Positions 55,455 to 58,172 of a stretch of 58,172 nucleotides of DNA are shown here, piece after piece. The notes beneath the pieces are model-generated. The model saw only the letters and a program-made list of their open reading frames with translations. It ran no database searches and was not told the DNA's origin. The DNA is from an uncultured bacterium (GTDB lineage Bacteria; UBP14; UBA6098; B30-G16). Within the stretch, counting starts at the first letter, position 1. Every line of letters starts with the position of its first letter. The translations under genes and the position numbers were made by a program. The DNA is taken from NCBI GenBank assembly GCA_965552135.1, contig CBEVQY010000015.1, positions 1 through 58,172 on the forward strand, written 5' to 3'.

Positions 55455-57862
55455 CGGGACCGCCTTTTGGTTTCCCAAAGGGCGCAGGCGCAAACCAAAA
55501 GCGCCGTCAGCGCCGCAGATGAAGCGCTCGCCCAAAGCGACCTCACAAGCAGGGGCGAGTAGTAATAGAATCTGACCCTATGGCTCCCTGCCCTAAGGGG
55601 CACGGCCATAAAGGCGTAGTCGGCGCGCAGAACGGGGAGCTCTCTTTCGCCTTCCTCCGCGCGCCAGGCAGGATACCAGCTCTGCGAGATGAAGAGCAAG
55701 CCGTCGTACGGCATATCTATCTCGACGGTGAACTCGTCGTCCTTGTTGTCGACGATTCTGCCCGCAGCGTACGTTCTGACGAGCAGGCTTTCGGGCAGTG
55801 CGGGCGGCGAGATGCCGGGATCACCCTCAACGAGGAGGGTCGTCCTGTAGTTCACCGTGGAGTCCTGGACGAAGTCGGGCGACGTAAGCCTCAGCATCGC
55901 AGCTTGGTGGCTTGTCGTCTCCCAGTTGAAGAACGCGCGGGCACGCGGAAAGGACGACCTGTTGCGATAAACGCTTATCCCTCCGAACGTCCCAATAAGC
56001 TCGAGGTTGGGGGCGCTTATCGCCTGCGGAGAGAGGACATACTCGATGTTCAGAATATCCCAGAAGTGGAGGTATTTCTGGATGTTCTGGGGTCGCTCGT
56101 GCCGCCCGGTGAACTCGTCGTACCACCTGAGCTGGTTTCCGTGGAGCTCGGAGAAAGTCACCGCATCGAGCCCGAAGGAGCCGAGCTGAGTGTAGGTGAG
56201 CGTTCGCGGCAGGGCGAGGGTCCTGAACGGACCGCTTTCGCGCCACCGCGCCTGAAGGTAGTCGACCACGGGCGGCTTGCCGAAAAACACGTTGGGGTCC
56301 TTCGCCCTCACAAACGGTCTGCCGATGCGCCACGCATCGGCAACAAGAGCGATCGCCGCCACAGCGAACACCGCCGCGGGCGAAAGTTTTGGCGTCCTCA
56401 TGCGCCAAACAAGCAAACCCACCACAACCCAGCACAACACAAGCGCCAGCCAGGAGCTTTTGAGAAATATGGGGAAATTCCTCGCCAGCGCGGCAAGCTT
56501 TGCGCCAACGTTCACACCCTGCGGGTTCGGCGCCGCCTTAAGCCACCACGCGGCAAGCGGCTTGCCGAAAACCGAGAGGAAAATAAGCGCCAAGCTGAAC
56601 GCCACGCACACCCACAAAAGCCATCTTGCCAGAGATGGGCTCTTTCTCCGCCCACCCTTCGACTTCTTGGCTTCTTGAGCTTCGCCGCCCAGACGAACCG
56701 CGGCATCAACGGCAAAGGCAAAGCCAACCGAAGCGGCAAAAAGGACGGTGAAGAAAAGCATCTCCGGCCCGCGGAACTTCTTGACGCCGGGGATCAGATA
56801 GTAGTAGATGTAGAAAAGCGGCGTCTGCGTTCCCATGGAGTAGGTGATCGCGAATGCGGAGAACCCCGCGAGGAAGCGCAAGAGCGGCTCCTTCAGGGCG
56901 AGCAGAGCTCCAACGGCTAAAACCACAACCAAAAGACCGATGTACATCGAGTTTATGCGGAAGAAGTTGCGTCCCCAGTACGTTTGCCGCGAGCCGAGAT
57001 CCAGCCCGACGAAGTCCGGGAACACCGTTGCGACGAGGTCCTCGACGTTGAGGCGCCAGGTGTTGGCGAAGGCTATTCCGCGCTCCGTCGATGCGGTCCT
57101 GACCGAATAGTGGCTCACGTAGTGGAACGGCGGCAGAAGCTGCACCGAAGCGATCCCAACGCCCAAAGCTATCGCGAGCACGAAGAGCCCGAAAACCGCC
57201 GCGCCTCTGGCAGGACTGTACCTCCGAAGCACGATTCCCCGCACGAGCCTGAAGACGAAAAGCGCGCCAAGCAGCCACGAGGCAAAATAAGCCATCTGCG
57301 GGTGCGCGGTGAGGATCAAAAGGGAGTAAGCTGCGCCAAAGATGGCGAAGTCAAGAAGCCTGAGCCTGATCATAGCCCGCTCCAGAAGCCAGACGCAAAG
57401 CGGCAGAAGCGCGATGACCGACATCTTCCCGTCGTGCCCGGCGTAGACGAGGGAGACCAAAAGGGGCGAGAACATATACGACATCGCGCCCAAAAGAGAA
57501 GCCCCCTGCGAAAGCCCGTAGTGCCGAAGCAGAATGTACATGAACCATCCCGCCAAAAGCACGTAGAGCATTTCAGTCATTCCGAAGGACCTGTGCGGCG
57601 GGAGAAGGAGCCTCAAGGGGACAGCAATTGGGAAGAATATTGCCCCGTGCATAGCCTCCACGAACGGCAGCCCGCCGTGGATGTGGGGGTCCCAAAGCGG
57701 ATACTCATGGTACCTGAGGACGTAATCCCTGAAGTACTTAAGCGCGTAGTATCCGAGATCCATGAAGTCGGTGCCGTAGAGGACCTTGTCCGAGAACAGA
57801 AAATCGGCAAAAAGGACGACCGTCAGAACCAACATAATCCCGTAGGTCCAAAGTTTCTTCAC
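55451..57862 (-). CDS. YfhO-family (GT-C fold) membrane glycosyltransferase
   Basis: PLWDPHIHGGLPF, HPQMAY, QLLP..SVR, KKFRGP, SWYPAWRA..VLRADYAFMAVPL.AGSH.V. Many TMs; GTG start with GGAAGGAG RBS. Confidence 0.85.
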   Translation of the reverse strand: MKKLWTYGIMLVLTVVLFADFLFSDKVLYGTDFMDLGYYALKYFRDYVLRYHEYPLWDPHIHGGLPFVEAMHGAIFFPIAVPLRLLLPPHRSFGMTEMLYVLLAGWFMYILLRHYGLSQGASLLGAMSYMFSPLLVSLVYAGHDGKMSVIALLPLCVWLLERAMIRLRLLDFAIFGAAYSLLILTAHPQMAYFASWLLGALFVFRLVRGIVLRRYSPARGAAVFGLFVLAIALGVGIASVQLLPPFHYVSHYSVRTASTERGIAFANTWRLNVEDLVATVFPDFVGLDLGSRQTYWGRNFFRINSMYIGLLVVVLAVGALLALKEPLLRFLAGFSAFAITYSMGTQTPLFYIYYYLIPGVKKFRGPEMLFFTVLFAASVGFAFAVDAAVRLGGEAQEAKKSKGGRRKSPSLARWLLWVCVAFSLALIFLSVFGKPLAAWWLKAAPNPQGVNVGAKLAALARNFPIFLKSSWLALVLCWVVVGLLVWRMRTPKLSPAAVFAVAAIALVADAWRIGRPFVRAKDPNVFFGKPPVVDYLQARWRESGPFRTLALPRTLTYTQLGSFGLDAVTFSELHGNQLRWYDEFTGRHERPQNIQKYLHFWDILNIEYVLSPQAISAPNLELIGTFGGISVYRNRSSFPRARAFFNWETTSHQAAMLRLTSPDFVQDSTVNYRTTLLVEGDPGISPPALPESLLVRTYAAGRIVDNKDDEFTVEIDMPYDGLLFISQSWYPAWRAEEGERELPVLRADYAFMAVPLRAGSHRVRFYYYSPLLVRSLWASASSAALTALLVCACALWETKRRSR

Positions 57863-57877
57863 TCTGAGCTCCTTCCG

Positions 57878-58171
57878 TTAGATGACCCCTCTTTCCTCAA
57901 GCTTTTTTATAAGTTTCTGGACACAACTTTCGATATTGCCGGCAATTATTTCAGTCGATTTCTGCCTCGGAGGTGAGAAAACCCTGATAACTCGCGTCGG
58001 CGAGCCCTCCAGCCCCACAAGCGTTCTGTCGATCGGAAGCGCATCTGCAGAAAGTTTCCTCACGCCCTTCCGCATAGCTCTGATCATGCCCCTAAGCGAG
58101 GGCAGACGCGGGTCATACTCGCTTTTCACGATGCTTATAACAGCCGGAAGCGTCGCTTCGACGACCTCGTA
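57878..58171 (-). CDS. etfB: Electron transfer flavoprotein beta subunit, C-terminal part (5' truncated by window)
   Basis: LPAVISIVK..PRLPSLRGM..VGLEGSPTRV..FSPP..LEERGVI. Confidence 0.88.
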   Translation of the reverse strand, partial: YEVVEATLPAVISIVKSEYDPRLPSLRGMIRAMRKGVRKLSADALPIDRTLVGLEGSPTRVIRVFSPPRQKSTEIIAGNIESCVQKLIKKLEERGVI

Positions 58172-58172
58172 G

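Noticed and set aside
3074..56920. Long antisense or alternate-frame ORFs (e.g. 3074-3775, 4552-5754, 27017-28516, 32335-33558, 48543-50006, 54324-55364, 55580-56920)
   Set aside because: They overlap well-supported genes, lack recognisable motifs and are expected shadows of high-GC3 codon usage.

Overview
58 kb of gene-dense, GC-rich bacterial chromosome with about 40 CDS. I found no rRNA, tRNA, CRISPR array, transposase, integrase or reverse transcriptase. Four type IX secretion (T9SS)-type C-terminal sorting domains, LpxH, an Omp85 barrel and a TonB-dependent receptor indicate a diderm, probably of the FCB superphylum. Strong GGAGG Shine-Dalgarno sites and TTGACA/TAnnnT promoters argue against Bacteroidia proper (inference). 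Housekeeping genes (ktrAB, rarA, comEC, leuC-like, putP, lpxH, purA, hslV, nfo, pruA, gap, pgk, wecB, etfB) are interleaved with envelope glycosylation genes and large secreted modular proteins. Best leads: (1) a two-gene secreted fibre-like module (23625-29107), with a 1462-aa protein built from duplicated tail-fibre-like spacers and a partner protein; (2) tandem NrdR-like boxes 32 bp apart upstream of a BtuB-like receptor that has no cobalamin riboswitch; (3) an AT-rich Type IIG restriction-modification gene split at an A7 tract, with ATGA re-initiation of the methylase half and 14/15-bp inverted repeats bracketing the gene; (4) heavy enrichment of D-(S/T)-hydrophobic O-glycosylation sequons in secreted proteins; (5) a Cys-rich paralogous T9SS cargo family; (6) several obligate subunits separated from their usual partners. 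All family calls come from motif recognition by eye; no searches were run.
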